A model generated the notes under the pieces. The model was not told the DNA's origin, made no database searches, and saw only the letters and a list, made by a program, of their open reading frames with translations. Made by a program: the position numbers and the translations under genes. DNA of 64,000 bases from NCBI GenBank assembly GCA_964568675.1, contig CAZMQV010000001.1:74307-138306 (forward strand), read 5' to 3'. Numbering within the stretch: the first letter of the stretch is position 1; the number at the start of each line of letters is the position of its first letter. Origin of the DNA: an uncultured Paludibacter sp. (GTDB taxonomy: Bacteria > Bacteroidota > Bacteroidia > Bacteroidales > Paludibacteraceae). Positions 27,784 through 39,200 of the stretch are shown piece after piece.

Positions 27784-29157
27784 TCAGGATATTTCATTAC
27801 TATTGCTGTATTGGTTGTAGAATTCCACGATGGTCTCAATACCTTTTCGATACAAGTCGATGTGAAAATGTTCGTTGGGGGAGTGAATCGCATTCGATTC
27901 GAGGCCAAATCCCATCAGGATGGGGCGAATATTCAATACTTTTTCAAAAACCGGAATCACGCCAATGCTTCCACCGCGCCTTACGGGAAGTGGAGTTTTG
28001 CCAAAGGCTTTTTCATAAGCTTTTTCTGCGGCTTTATATTCTTTTGAGTCGATGGGGCAAACATAGCTTGCGGCGCCATGAAGCCACGTAACTTTTATGT
28101 CCACGTGTTTTGGAGCAAGTTTCTTGAGGTGTTTTTCAACCAAAACAGCAATCTTTTCGTGTTTCTGGTTGGGAACAAGCCGGGCTGATAGTTTGGCGTA
28201 AGCTTTTGATGGCAACACAGTTTTACTGCCTTCGCCGGTGTATCCACCCCAAATGCCACAAAGGTCGAGCGTAGGGCGAATACCTGTTCGCTCAATGGTG
28301 GAGTAACCTTTTTCTCCATATATTTGCGTGATGCCCAAATCCTGTTTGTATTCCTCTACTTCAAATGGAATTTGAGCGATAAGATTACGTTCTTTTTTCG
28401 AAACATCTTGAACATCGTCGTAGAAATGCGGAATCGTAATTCGGCCGTTGCTATCGGTTAATTGAGCCAAAATTTTCGAAAGTTCGTTTATTGGGTTAGC
28501 AACCGCACCACCAAAAATCCCGGAATGCAAGTCGCGATTGGCGCCGGTTACTTCTATTTCCCAATACGCCAGCCCTCGAAGTCCGGTGGTGATGCTTGGC
28601 TTGTCGGCTGCAAGCATGCTGGTATCCGAAACCAATATCGTATCGCAGGCAAGTAGCTTTTTGTTCGCTTTGCAGAAATCTTCCAAACTTGGCGAGCCGA
28701 TCTCTTCTTCTCCTTCCAGAATGAATTTCACGTTGCATCGGAGTTGATTGGTTCTCACTAAATACTCGAAAGCCTTGGCGTGTAAAAAAGATTGTCCTTT
28801 GTCGTCGTCGGCGCCACGGGCATAGAGTTTCCCATCGCGTATCTCAGGTTCGAATGGAGGCGATGTCCACAAGTCAAGTGGCTCGGCAGGCATTACGTCA
28901 TAATGGCCATAAACCATCACAGTGGGAAGTTTCGGGTCGATGATTTTCGATGCGAATACTACGGGGTTACCTTTTGTTTCTAAAATCTCTGCTTTGTCCA
29001 CACCGGCTTCGAGCAAAAGTTTTGTCCAATGTGTAGCGCAATTACGAATGTCATCTTTGCGATGTGAATGAGCGCTAACACTTGGTATACGAATCAGGCT
29101 GAATAGTTCTTCGAAGAAACGGTTTTCATTTTCACGAATGTAATCTTTTATTTCCAT
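27784..29157 (-). CDS. M20-family dipeptidase/peptidase (ArgE/DapE/ACY1 superfamily)
   Basis: Metal ligands GHYDVMPA, ARGADDDKGQ, LEGEEEIGS, HSPNEH. I prefer the ATG at 29157 (MEIKDYIRENE...) over the ORF-track TTG at 29220. Confidence 0.9.
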   Translation of the reverse strand: MEIKDYIRENENRFFEELFSLIRIPSVSAHSHRKDDIRNCATHWTKLLLEAGVDKAEILETKGNPVVFASKIIDPKLPTVMVYGHYDVMPAEPLDLWTSPPFEPEIRDGKLYARGADDDKGQSFLHAKAFEYLVRTNQLRCNVKFILEGEEEIGSPSLEDFCKANKKLLACDTILVSDTSMLAADKPSITTGLRGLAYWEIEVTGANRDLHSGIFGGAVANPINELSKILAQLTDSNGRITIPHFYDDVQDVSKKERNLIAQIPFEVEEYKQDLGITQIYGEKGYSTIERTGIRPTLDLCGIWGGYTGEGSKTVLPSKAYAKLSARLVPNQKHEKIAVLVEKHLKKLAPKHVDIKVTWLHGAASYVCPIDSKEYKAAEKAYEKAFGKTPLPVRRGGSIGVIPVFEKVLNIRPILMGFGLESNAIHSPNEHFHIDLYRKGIETIVEFYNQYSNSNEIS

Positions 29158-29394
29158 GTTAATAAAGCTATGTTGTGTTTTTTTTAGTGAATAGTCTATT
29201 TCTAAAAATGAGAAATTCAATATCCGGCCATTTTTTATTTATTAAAACGAAAATCCGCTCAGATTATTTCTTGCGAAAAAGGGAAGGATGTGGATGCGGA
29301 CTTGTAAATTAATTTTTTTTATGTTTTGACCGGATCTTCTTCGCCAATTCGTCCGAAATCTGTTCGCTTATTTGCTTATTGTTTCCGTTTTAAG

Positions 29395-29402
29395 TATTTT
29401 TG
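29395..29402 (+). promoter_or_regulatory. TAnnTTTG -7 box (TATTTTTG) upstream of wza-like gene
   Basis: Exact consensus match, 134 nt before the ATG at 29536. Confidence 0.4.
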
Positions 29403-29535
29403 CAGTTCTTATTTCTTTTGAATAAAATTACTCGGATAAAATAATAATCAGACCTTTTATTTCGTTTGATATTAGTGTTTGTTTTTTAATGATGATTAAT
29501 GTAATAAACATTAATACCTTCAAATGTGAATTGTT

Positions 29536-30342
29536 ATGAATGTAAAACTATATTTTTTCTCCTTTTTAGTGCTTGTGAGTGTGTTGGTTGGGTGTACTTC
29601 GCAAAAGAAGTTAGCCTACTTCAATGGTGTAAACAACGATTCGGCATTGGTGTATAATTCGCGCTTCAATTACCGCACGGAGCCTAAAATTAAAGCCGGC
29701 GATATGCTGGCAATAACTGTTTCGGGTGTCGATCCCAAGACTGTTACTACTTTTAATCTCCCTTTCATCGCTTACTCCTCGCCCGTTTCCGACCAGGTTT
29801 ACGGGTCGCCAAGCCTTCAGGCATACAATGTGGACTTAGATGGCTCCATTAGTTTTCCGGTATTAGGCAAGTTGCAAGTTGCGGGGCTTACACGGGTTGA
29901 ACTGATTGATATGCTCAGCAGTAAATTAAAAGTTTATGTTCAGGAACCTATCGTTACGGTGAGGTTTATGAATTTTTCGGTTACGGTTCTTGGCGAAGTA
30001 AATCGTCCGGGAAGTTGGCAGATTACCAATGAACGTACCTCCATTCTCGACGTGCTCGGTATTGCCGGCGATTTGACAGCTTATGGAAGACGCGAAAATG
30101 TGCTCATTTCCAGAGAAAATAATGGAAAAGTGGAGTTCGCTCGAATCAACCTAAACGATGGTAGTATTTTTACATCGCCCTATTTTTATGTTCAGCAAAA
30201 TGATGTTATCTATGTGGAACCCAATAGTGTGAAGTCTGTTTCTTCGCAAAATATCCCACTCTATCTTTCTACCATTACCTCAATCAGTTCGGTAGTGGCG
30301 ATTATTTTCTCTATTTCGCAGTCGAATAAAAAATCGAATTAG
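29536..30342 (+). CDS. Polysaccharide export outer-membrane protein (Wza/BexD family)
   Basis: 268 aa. Lipoprotein signal VLVGC-TSQ, Poly_export region KIKAGDMLAITVSG, SLBB domain VTVLGEVNRPGSWQI, and a C-terminal TM helix. Confidence 0.9.
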   Translation: MNVKLYFFSFLVLVSVLVGCTSQKKLAYFNGVNNDSALVYNSRFNYRTEPKIKAGDMLAITVSGVDPKTVTTFNLPFIAYSSPVSDQVYGSPSLQAYNVDLDGSISFPVLGKLQVAGLTRVELIDMLSSKLKVYVQEPIVTVRFMNFSVTVLGEVNRPGSWQITNERTSILDVLGIAGDLTAYGRRENVLISRENNGKVEFARINLNDGSIFTSPYFYVQQNDVIYVEPNSVKSVSSQNIPLYLSTITSISSVVAIIFSISQSNKKSN

Positions 30343-30379
30343 ATTACACCTAATTATAATAACACTCAGTATAGTAGCA

Positions 30380-32776
30380 ATGAACAATAATAGCGGAACG
30401 AATACCTCGCCAAGAATCAACGCGCAACAAAATAAGGATATCATTAATTTACGCGAATTGCTTTTCAAATACCTCCGAAATTGGTATTGGTTTGTACTAT
30501 CAGTAATACTCGCTTTTCTTGTTGCAACAATCTATCTGAAAAAAACGGAAATTAAATATCAGGTGAAAACCACCTTGTTGCTGCGAAACGAAGACCAGGC
30601 AGGAGCTTTGCCACAGCTCAGCATGATGGAGAATTTCGGTCTTTCCGGAGCTAATAAAGAAGTCGAAGATGAAATTCAGGTGCTTAGCTCCCAAAAATTG
30701 CTAAAGGAAGTGATTGATACGTTGAAAATTCATGCTAAATATTTCGAGAAAGATAAACTGAAATATGTTGAGAAATATAATGATGTGCCTTTTCGTTTGA
30801 ATAATGAGCGCCAGCTTGCCGACACCATGAAACGCTCGGTAAAGTTCTTTGTGAAAGCGGAAGATGATAAGTTCTTTGTGAAAATTAAAATAGCTAAAGT
30901 TTACACCGGAAAATTTGAGCTAAACAGTATTCACGAAACTATGGATACGCCTTTTGGAAAATTTAGTTTTACGCAGGTGGCTAAACCCAAAAATAATTCT
31001 AAATTCATAATAACCATACAGCCTATTGCTGAAATAATAGACGAATACAGCAATAAGGTGAAAGTGGCTACTGTAAACAAACAATCGAATGCTATTCAAA
31101 TTTCAATCGTTGAGTCTAATATCGAGAAAGCGAAGGATATGCTGAACAATTTGGTAATGTTATATAATTTGGATGCTAATTCGGATAAAAACATTATCGC
31201 TACCAATACCTCCAATTTTATCAACGAAAGATTAGCGATAATTACCGACGAACTCTTTGATGTGGAGTCGAATGTGGAGAATTACAAGCGTGCTCATAGC
31301 CTGACTGATTTGTCGTCTGAAGCTGAATTGTATCTTAAATCGGCTGACGAATATGAGAAAAAACGAACTGAGTTTGAAATTCAGTTGAACATGATTAAAG
31401 CCGTAGAAGCTTATGTAAATAACCCCAAAAACATACATAATTTAATCCCAACCAACATCGTTACCGATGACAAAAGCTTGCCAATGGCTATTCAGGCGTA
31501 TAACACTTCTGTACTCGACCGGATGAAACTGGCAAAAACTGCTAAGGAGGATAATCCGGTGTTGATACTCGCCGATGAGCAAATTCAGGCATTGAGGGCG
31601 AATGTGTTGGCGAGCGTAAGCAGTGTGAAGTCGGGTTTACAAATCGCGTTGAATGACTTAAAGCGTAAAGATTTGCAGTTTAGTTCTAAAATTAAGAATG
31701 TCCCTACCCAGGAGCGTCAGTTCTTAGAAATAAAAAGACAACAAGAAATCAAACAAAGCCTCTATCTTTTATTGTTCCAAAAGAAAGAAGAAACAGCTAT
31801 TAAACTGGCAAGCACCGCGCCGGCTGCCCGTACCATCGACAGGGCATTTGCTTCCTTGTTGCCTGTGTCGCCCAAGCGTTCGGTAACGTATATGCTTGCT
31901 TTGATTATTGGACTTTTAGTGCCTTTTGTGTTGATTTATGTGAAAGACCTGGTTAACAATAAAATTGAAGATACCAAAGAATTCCAGCGCTTGATTAAAG
32001 CGCCTTATTTGGGAAATATAAGTACAAGCCGTGAATCTGACAAAGTGGTCGTGCGCGAAGGAAGAACATCGCCTATTGTGGAAATGTTCCGATTGGTGCG
32101 TACAAATCTGCAGTTTCTGATTGCAGGTAAGAAATCGCCGGTAATTTTGGTTACATCTACATTGGGGGGCGAAGGCAAGTCATTTACTTCAATTAACCTT
32201 GCAATGTCGTTTGCCCTGATGAAAAAACGGGTTGTGCTCGTGGGGCTTGATGTGCGAAAACCAATGCTGGGCGAATACCTTAATTTGAACAAGCAAATTG
32301 GTGCGACACTTTTTCTTTCGGACAAGAGTTATGAATTGAATGATATTATTCAGCATTCCGGCTTACATCAACACCTCGATGTGATTCCTGCCGGACCCAT
32401 TCCGCCTAACCCTTCGGAGTTGCTTATGAGCAGTCGGCTTGAAGAGATGTTTGGATTGTTGAAAGATAAGTATGATTACATTATTGTAGATACGGCGCCT
32501 ATTGGAGTGGTGTCGGATACTTATTTGCTCAATCGGATTGCCGATAATGCCATCTATGTCTCTCGGCAGGATTATACGCCTAAAGATGCCACGATACTAA
32601 TAAATGAAATAGCCGCTGAAAAACGTTTGAATGGAATGGGGGTGATACTCAATGGCACTCCGGCATCTACTGGTTATGGCTACAGCTATGGCTATGGAGA
32701 TAAATACAGTTCTTCGCGCTCGCCCCGCATCACGATAGGTGAAAAGGTTTATGACTTTTTCAAAAAAAACAAATAG
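30380..32776 (+). CDS. Wzc-like chain-length determinant / tyrosine autokinase
   Basis: 798 aa. N-terminal Wzz domain with two TM helices. Walker A TSTLGGEGKS, Walker B-like IIVDTAPIG, and a Tyr-rich tail GYGYSYGYGDKYSS. Confidence 0.9.
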   Translation: MNNNSGTNTSPRINAQQNKDIINLRELLFKYLRNWYWFVLSVILAFLVATIYLKKTEIKYQVKTTLLLRNEDQAGALPQLSMMENFGLSGANKEVEDEIQVLSSQKLLKEVIDTLKIHAKYFEKDKLKYVEKYNDVPFRLNNERQLADTMKRSVKFFVKAEDDKFFVKIKIAKVYTGKFELNSIHETMDTPFGKFSFTQVAKPKNNSKFIITIQPIAEIIDEYSNKVKVATVNKQSNAIQISIVESNIEKAKDMLNNLVMLYNLDANSDKNIIATNTSNFINERLAIITDELFDVESNVENYKRAHSLTDLSSEAELYLKSADEYEKKRTEFEIQLNMIKAVEAYVNNPKNIHNLIPTNIVTDDKSLPMAIQAYNTSVLDRMKLAKTAKEDNPVLILADEQIQALRANVLASVSSVKSGLQIALNDLKRKDLQFSSKIKNVPTQERQFLEIKRQQEIKQSLYLLLFQKKEETAIKLASTAPAARTIDRAFASLLPVSPKRSVTYMLALIIGLLVPFVLIYVKDLVNNKIEDTKEFQRLIKAPYLGNISTSRESDKVVVREGRTSPIVEMFRLVRTNLQFLIAGKKSPVILVTSTLGGEGKSFTSINLAMSFALMKKRVVLVGLDVRKPMLGEYLNLNKQIGATLFLSDKSYELNDIIQHSGLHQHLDVIPAGPIPPNPSELLMSSRLEEMFGLLKDKYDYIIVDTAPIGVVSDTYLLNRIADNAIYVSRQDYTPKDATILINEIAAEKRLNGMGVILNGTPASTGYGYSYGYGDKYSSSRSPRITIGEKVYDFFKKNK

Positions 32777-32797
32777 AAATAAATAATATCTGGCATG

Positions 32798-32826
32798 AAA
32801 AGCAGCAAGAAATTGCTGCTTTTTTA
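32798..32826 (+). terminator. Rho-independent terminator after wzc-like gene
   Basis: AAAAGCAGCAA (32798-32808) pairs with TTGCTGCTTTT (32814-32824), followed by a T-run. Confidence 0.75.
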
Positions 32827-32976
32827 TTGCTCCTATGGAAAATAGGAAACTTTGGCAATGAAATAGTTTATTGTTAGCTGGCTTTAGTATGCGGTAAATC
32901 AGTATGTTACTGTTTCGTTTTAGATAATTAACAGAAAACTATCTTTGAAATTAGTGTCAATCTAATTTGGAAATTG

Positions 32977-32984
32977 TAATTTTG
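32977..32984 (+). promoter_or_regulatory. TAnnTTTG -7 box (TAATTTTG) upstream of the TetR/efflux operon
   Basis: Exact consensus match, 43 nt before the ATG at 33027. Confidence 0.5.
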
Positions 32985-33026
32985 TATCCGATTTTCAATA
33001 TAAAAATTAATTATTTTTAGAGAAAA

Positions 33027-33656
33027 ATGGATGAACGTGCGCAAAAAATAATTGTTTCAGCATTAAAAAGTTTCGAACAATTTGGAGTCCGCAGCATTTC
33101 TGTTGATGATATTTGTAAAGAACAGCGTCTTTCTAAGAAAACTTTTTATCAATTCTTTCCAAGCAAAGACGATTTGGTGAGTGAGGTGCTCCAATATCGG
33201 AATAATCTTTTGTTTGATAAGTTCGATAGAATGTGTCGGAATAAAAACGCCATCGATGCTTTAATTATCATGATTAAAGAGATAAAAAAATCGAGTAAGC
33301 ACGACTCGAACGAGAGTAATCCTTTTTTATTCGATCTGGAAAAATATTATCCGGCCATTTTATCTCAAGCGAACGATAAAGTTAGCGATTGTATGCGCGA
33401 TAGTTTTGAACGAAATCTTCGACAAGGAATCGAAGAAGGCTATTATCGCACCGATTTGGATGTTGAAATGAGCGCGATATTTCATGCCGCAATCTTGAAA
33501 TCTACATTCAAAGAGTTGAAAAATATATTTCCTAAAATATCCGTGCGGCGTCTTAATGATTTCTATATCGACCTGATTGTCCGATTAATAGCCAATGAAG
33601 CCGGATTGAAATATATCGAAAGTCATATTAAAAATGAATCGGTCGAAAACCTATAG
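33027..33656 (+). CDS. TetR/AcrR-family transcriptional regulator
   Basis: 209 aa. N-terminal HTH SVDDICKEQRLSKKTFYQFFPSKDDLV. Confidence 0.85.
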   Translation: MDERAQKIIVSALKSFEQFGVRSISVDDICKEQRLSKKTFYQFFPSKDDLVSEVLQYRNNLLFDKFDRMCRNKNAIDALIIMIKEIKKSSKHDSNESNPFLFDLEKYYPAILSQANDKVSDCMRDSFERNLRQGIEEGYYRTDLDVEMSAIFHAAILKSTFKELKNIFPKISVRRLNDFYIDLIVRLIANEAGLKYIESHIKNESVENL

Positions 33657-33716
33657 AAGTAAAATATTACTTCATTTTATAATAAACATTACGTATAAAT
33701 ATTAAAAAAAGAATTA

Positions 33717-35051
33717 ATGAAAAAAATTGTGATGTTATTCCTCGCGCTCTCATTCCTGCAAATTGGCAAAGCGCAAGACACATTGAGAGTAACGCTTTCA
33801 CAGGCGCTTGACATCGCCTTGAGCGAAAGCCCTACAATCAAAATTGCTGAAAAAGAGATCGAACGTGTGGACTATTCTAAGAAAAGCGCTTGGTATGCGC
33901 TCATTCCCAATTTGGAAGGAACGGGGCAGTATTCAAAATTTGTGGTACCTGCAAAAATGAGTATGTTTGGGCAAGTGATGGATTCTCCTACGGATTTTAA
34001 TGCCAGCTTAGGTGCTTCATTGTCGCTTCCTCTGTTTGCGCCTGCCTTGTGGCACAGCATCCAAATGACCACGCTCGACATGCAAGTGGCTACCGAAAAA
34101 GCAAATGCCTCAAAAATAAATTTGAGAAATGAAGTTACTAAAGCTTATTTCACCTTGCTGGTAGTTCAGGACTCATACCAGGTTTTGCTCGATGGATATC
34201 AACTTGCGAAAAAGAACTTTGATGTTGCCAAAAAGGGCTATGAAACCGGAGTTATGGCGGCTTATGATTATATTTCAGCTGAAGTTCAACTCAACAACTT
34301 GCAACCAAATATCCTTCAAGCCGAAAATGGTATTGAACAAGCGAAAAACTATCTTAAAATTTTAATGGGTCTGGATGTTGCTCAGCCGATTAAAGCGCTA
34401 AACAATCTTTCTGATTTCCGAAAAGATATTGTGGAAGTTAAATCATTGAGCGACAATTCTTTCAGCAAAAACTCCGACTTGAAACAATTGGAAATTGGTG
34501 GTATGCAACTCGATAGATCCTTGCAACTGCAACGAACACAGCGGATGCCTACATTGGCTGCTTTTGCGCAAACGGGTTTAAGCGGAAATGGAAATAAGGA
34601 AACTTCCATGAATTTCGGAGGTATGCCCATCAAAGTGGAAGCCCGTAAAGAGTGGTTTAGTCAGGGCGCTGTGGTTGGCTTGCAACTTCGTGTGCCTATT
34701 ACAACTATCTTTACGAATACCACCAAAGAAAAACAGTTGAAAATTCAAAAGGAAGCGCTTTATCTGCAACAAAAACAAGCTCGAAATGGAATCCAATTGC
34801 AGGCAATGACCAATTTGGATAAAATGAATAAAGCCGTGAAGCAGGTTGAAGCCGCTACCCGAAGTGTCGATCTCTCCGAAAAAGCTTATGCCATATCTTC
34901 TAAGCGTTATGAAAATGGCGCCGGTACCATGGTTGAATTACAAAATGCTTCGTTAGCAATTACTCAGGCTAAATTGACTTACCATCAGGCTATTTCGGAG
35001 TATCTCAACGCGAAAGCCGACTTGGAAAAACTAATGGGTGAAGCGCTGTGA
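33717..35051 (+). CDS. TolC-family outer-membrane efflux protein
   Basis: 444 aa. Signal peptide, then two OEP repeats (LTLSQALDIALSESPTIK..., coiled regions, C-terminal YHQAISEYLNAKADLEKLMG). Confidence 0.9.
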   Translation: MKKIVMLFLALSFLQIGKAQDTLRVTLSQALDIALSESPTIKIAEKEIERVDYSKKSAWYALIPNLEGTGQYSKFVVPAKMSMFGQVMDSPTDFNASLGASLSLPLFAPALWHSIQMTTLDMQVATEKANASKINLRNEVTKAYFTLLVVQDSYQVLLDGYQLAKKNFDVAKKGYETGVMAAYDYISAEVQLNNLQPNILQAENGIEQAKNYLKILMGLDVAQPIKALNNLSDFRKDIVEVKSLSDNSFSKNSDLKQLEIGGMQLDRSLQLQRTQRMPTLAAFAQTGLSGNGNKETSMNFGGMPIKVEARKEWFSQGAVVGLQLRVPITTIFTNTTKEKQLKIQKEALYLQQKQARNGIQLQAMTNLDKMNKAVKQVEAATRSVDLSEKAYAISSKRYENGAGTMVELQNASLAITQAKLTYHQAISEYLNAKADLEKLMGEAL

Positions 35052-35130
35052 TAGCTTCAAACTACCTAATTGTAACTAAAGACTCTTTATAAATAAATAT
35101 AGAATAAACTGATTAATATTATTAATTGAA

Positions 35131-36165
35131 ATGAAAAATAGAAATTTGCTCTTAACGGGATGTGTGTTGCTGACAATGTTCACGTTGTCCTGCAGTGGTT
35201 CCAAAGATAAGAAAACGGAAAAACAAGTCGAAGAAAAACCATCGGTGATATTGGCACAAGTCTTTGCCCGCGATGTTTCGCAAATCGCTGAATTTACAGC
35301 CACCATTCAGCCCGAAGCTAAAAATAGCATTGCGCCCTCTGCGCCTGGACGTATCCGCCGTGTTATGGTGGAAGTAGGTGCGCATGTCGCCAAAGGACAA
35401 AGACTCGTTCAGATGGATGCCGTGAATCTGGAGAATTATCAGACTAACATCAATAACATCCGCCAAAATTATAATCGATTAGTGGAGCTTTATCAGGTTG
35501 GTGGGGTTTCGAAACAAGATATGGATAATATGAAAACTCAGCTCGACCAGGCGGAAGCCTCAATGAAAAGTTTGCAGGAAAATACATATTTGATTAGCCC
35601 GATTAGTGGTGTGGTTACTGCCAAAAATTATGATAATGGCGACCTCTTTAATGGACAATTGCCGGTGCTTACGGTAATGCAAATTAACCCGCTAAAAGCG
35701 GTGGTTAATGTCTCCGAAAGTTTCTTCCCGAAAGTACGTGGCGGAATGTCGGTCGATATTAGCTTTGACGCGCTTCCCAACGAAAGATTCACGGGAGTTG
35801 TAAGTAAAATCTATCCGACTGTTGACGAAGCCACGCGAACTTTTGGAGTTGAAATCCGTTTGCAAAACAGTGGAAACAAAGTTCGCCCGGGAATGTACGC
35901 GCGTGTAACGATGAATTTAGGCACCGAAAATCGCGTTGTCGTGCCCGATCAGGCAGTTGTGAAACAAGTTGGTTCGGGCAGCCGCTTTGTATATGTATAT
36001 GAGGGTGGGAAAGTGAGTTATACCGAAGTGAAACTTGGTCAACGCCTTGATAAGGAATACGAACTGCTTTCGGGAGTTCCCACCGGAGCTAAAGTAGTTG
36101 TTGCGGGTCAAGCCAAACTTCAGGATAAACTTGAAGTCAATGTGCAAAACGACTCTATTAACTAA
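35131..36165 (+). CDS. RND efflux periplasmic adaptor (HlyD/MFP family)
   Basis: 344 aa. Lipobox LTMFTLSC-SGS, lipoyl/barrel-sandwich hairpin region, and ISPISGVVTAKNYDNGD. Confidence 0.9.
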   Translation: MKNRNLLLTGCVLLTMFTLSCSGSKDKKTEKQVEEKPSVILAQVFARDVSQIAEFTATIQPEAKNSIAPSAPGRIRRVMVEVGAHVAKGQRLVQMDAVNLENYQTNINNIRQNYNRLVELYQVGGVSKQDMDNMKTQLDQAEASMKSLQENTYLISPISGVVTAKNYDNGDLFNGQLPVLTVMQINPLKAVVNVSESFFPKVRGGMSVDISFDALPNERFTGVVSKIYPTVDEATRTFGVEIRLQNSGNKVRPGMYARVTMNLGTENRVVVPDQAVVKQVGSGSRFVYVYEGGKVSYTEVKLGQRLDKEYELLSGVPTGAKVVVAGQAKLQDKLEVNVQNDSIN

Positions 36166-36288
36166 ACTGCTCATCGACTGGATTATTAAATTGAGGCATT
36201 TCGATGTCTAATAGAATTGTACATGCTTTTTCGGGTCTATGGAAAGAGTAGTGTATAACTTAAATTACTAATTAAAGCATAAAATCTT

Positions 36289-39200
36289 ATGAAATTATAT
36301 GAAAGTGCGGTTCGTAAGCCTATCATGACGATTCTCGTTTTTGTTGGAGTGATCATTTTAGGACTATTTTCCTTGAAAAACCTTTCGGTGGATTTGTTTC
36401 CAAAAATTGATATGAACATCCTGATGGTCGTTACTACCTATCAGGGAGCCAGCGCCGCCGACATTGAAACCAATGTTACAAAACCATTGGAGAATGTCTT
36501 GAACTCTGTGCCTAACTTGGATAAACTGACTTCCACTTCGCGCGAAAATCGATCGGTCATTACGCTTCAGTTTGATTATGGTAAAGACCTTGATGAGCTT
36601 ACCAACGATGTGCGCGATAAGCTTAGCTTGATTAAAGCGATGCTTCCAAGTGGCGCGTCCGAACCGGTAATCATGAAGTTTAGTACGGATATGATTCCTG
36701 TGATTCAATTTGCCGCTACAGCCGATAAAAGCGTCCCTGCGCTCTATCGGATTTTGGACGACAATGTGGCTAACCGCCTTGCAAGGATAGAAGGCGTAGG
36801 CTCAGTTTCTATTTCCGGAGCGCCTCAACGCGAAATACAGGTGTATGTTGATCCGGTGAAAATGGAAGCGCATAAACTCACCGTCGAAGCGGTGGCGCAA
36901 AAGATTGGAGCTGAAAATATGAATGTTCCCGCCGGAACGCTCGATGTCGGAAATGAAACCTACTCCTTGCGGGTCCCCGGCGAATTCAATGACCCCAACG
37001 AACTGAAAAATATTGTTGTAGGCTCTTTTGCTGGTAAAAATGTCTATCTTACGGATATTGCTACAGTCGAAGACAGCTTTGAAGAACGAGCGCAGGTAAG
37101 TTACACCAACGGACAACAAGGTGCGATTATCGTAATTCAAAAACAATCGGGTGCCAATTCTGTCGATATTGCCAATCAGGTGATGAAAGCAATTCCCGAG
37201 ATTGAAAAAAATCTTCCGCCGGACGTCAAGTTAACCGTGATTAATGATACTTCCAAGCAGATTGTAAATACTATCAATGGTTTGGTCGAAACAGTGCTTT
37301 ACGCGTTCCTGTTCGTTATTATTGTGGTGCTTTTCTTCCTCGGACGATGGCGCGCTACAATCATCATTATTCTGACAATACCCGTTTCCCTCATTGCCTC
37401 ATTCATCTATCTGTACGCTACCGGTAGCACACTGAATATCATCTCGCTCAGTTCGCTTTCCATTGCCATAGGGATGGTGGTCGATGATGCCATTGTGGTA
37501 TTGGAAAATATCACCACACATATCGAGCGGGGTAGCCGCCCCCAAAGCGCTGCCGTGCATGGCACCAATGAGGTCTCGCTTTCCGTTGTTGCATCCACAC
37601 TTACTCTGATTGCCGTGTTTTTCCCCTTGACTTTAGTTACCGGGTTTGCGGGTGTCATGTTCAAAGAGTTGGGATGGATTGTTACCATCATTATGATTAT
37701 GTCGCTGATATGCGCCATGTCGCTTACGCCTATGTTGAGCGCGCAGATGCTTCGTTTGGACAGAAAACAACATCCAATTTCGGTGAAAATATATGCGCCG
37801 ATTCAACGCTTCCTTGATTGGCTCGATTTGAAATATGCTCAGATTATTAATTGGACTGTGAGGCATCGGGGACTGTCGGTTTTGATTGCGTCACTATTCT
37901 TTATTGCCAGTTTACTACCCGTTACTACCATCGGCACAGAGTTTTTCCCTTCTTCTGATGAAGGTTATATTTCTGCTAAAATTTATCTGCCGGTAGGCAC
38001 GCGTCAGGAAATTACGCGCGAACTTGCATTGAAATTGCAGAAAAAATGGAAAGATGAAAACCCCGAGTTCGAAACCGTTAGCTTCACCGTTGGGCAGGCA
38101 AGCAGTTCCAATGTCTTTGGCTCGCTTCAAGATAATTCAAGTAATAGCATTACTCTTGATATTCGTCTGGTGGACCTCAAAAACAGAGAAAAATCTACGT
38201 TCGATATGATAGCTAAATTACAAAAAGAGCTTAATAGAATGCCTGAAGTGAAAAAGTCAAACATCTCTACGGGACACGGCGGTGCAATGGGAGGACAGTC
38301 GCAATTAAACATCGAAATTTATGGTTATGACTTCGATAAAACTGATAATGTGGCGCAGCAATTAAAATCTCGATTGGAAAACGTAAAAGGTTTAACCAAC
38401 CTGCAAATAAGCCGCGAGGAGTATGTTCCTGAATTTCAGGTGGATTTCGATAGGGAGAAGCTTGCGCTGAATGGATTGAATCTCGCTACTGCATCCAATT
38501 TCCTCAAAAATCGCGTCAACGGACTTACCGCCTCGCTTTATCGCGAAGATGGTGAAGAGTATATCATTCGTGTTTCACATGATCCGCGTTATCGTCAATC
38601 TTTGCAAGATGTCGAAAATATACTCATTTACAATACGCAAGGTCAGCCCATAAGGATAAAAGACCTCGGAACGGTGGTCGAACGCTTCACCCCACCTACT
38701 ATCGAAAGGAAAGACCGCCAACGTTTGGTAACGCTTAACGCAACCATTTCGGGCACTACCATGGATAAGGCTGTTGCCGCCGTTAATGCTGAAATTGCGA
38801 AAATTGATATCCCGCAGGAATTGTATGTGGAAATTGGCGGTTCTTACAAAGAACAACAAGAATCTTTTGCCGATTTAGGTATGTTGTTCATCATCATTGT
38901 CCTTTTGGTTTACATCGTTATGGCCTCGCAGTTCGAGTCGCTCACTTATCCGTTTATCATCATGTTCTCCTTGCCGTTCGGCATTTCGGGTGTTATTCTC
39001 GCAATGGTTCTCTTTAATGGCACATTAAACATGATGTCGTTTATCGGACTCATTATGCTTGTCGGTATCGTTGTGAAAAATGGTATTGTATTGGTCGATT
39101 ACATCAATCTCAATCGCGAACGTGGTATGGGTATCATCCGCGCGGTGGTCAATGGTGGTAAATCGCGTCTTCGCCCCGTTATCATGACTACGGCTACCAC

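Noticed and set aside
29494-29512. Palindrome TTAATGT-AATAA-ACATTAA just upstream of the wza-like start; also looked for invertible-promoter inverted repeats in 29221..29535
   Set aside because: The palindrome is short and AT-rich, so it could arise by chance. No pair of longer inverted repeats flanks the promoter box as in Bacteroides capsule invertible promoters.
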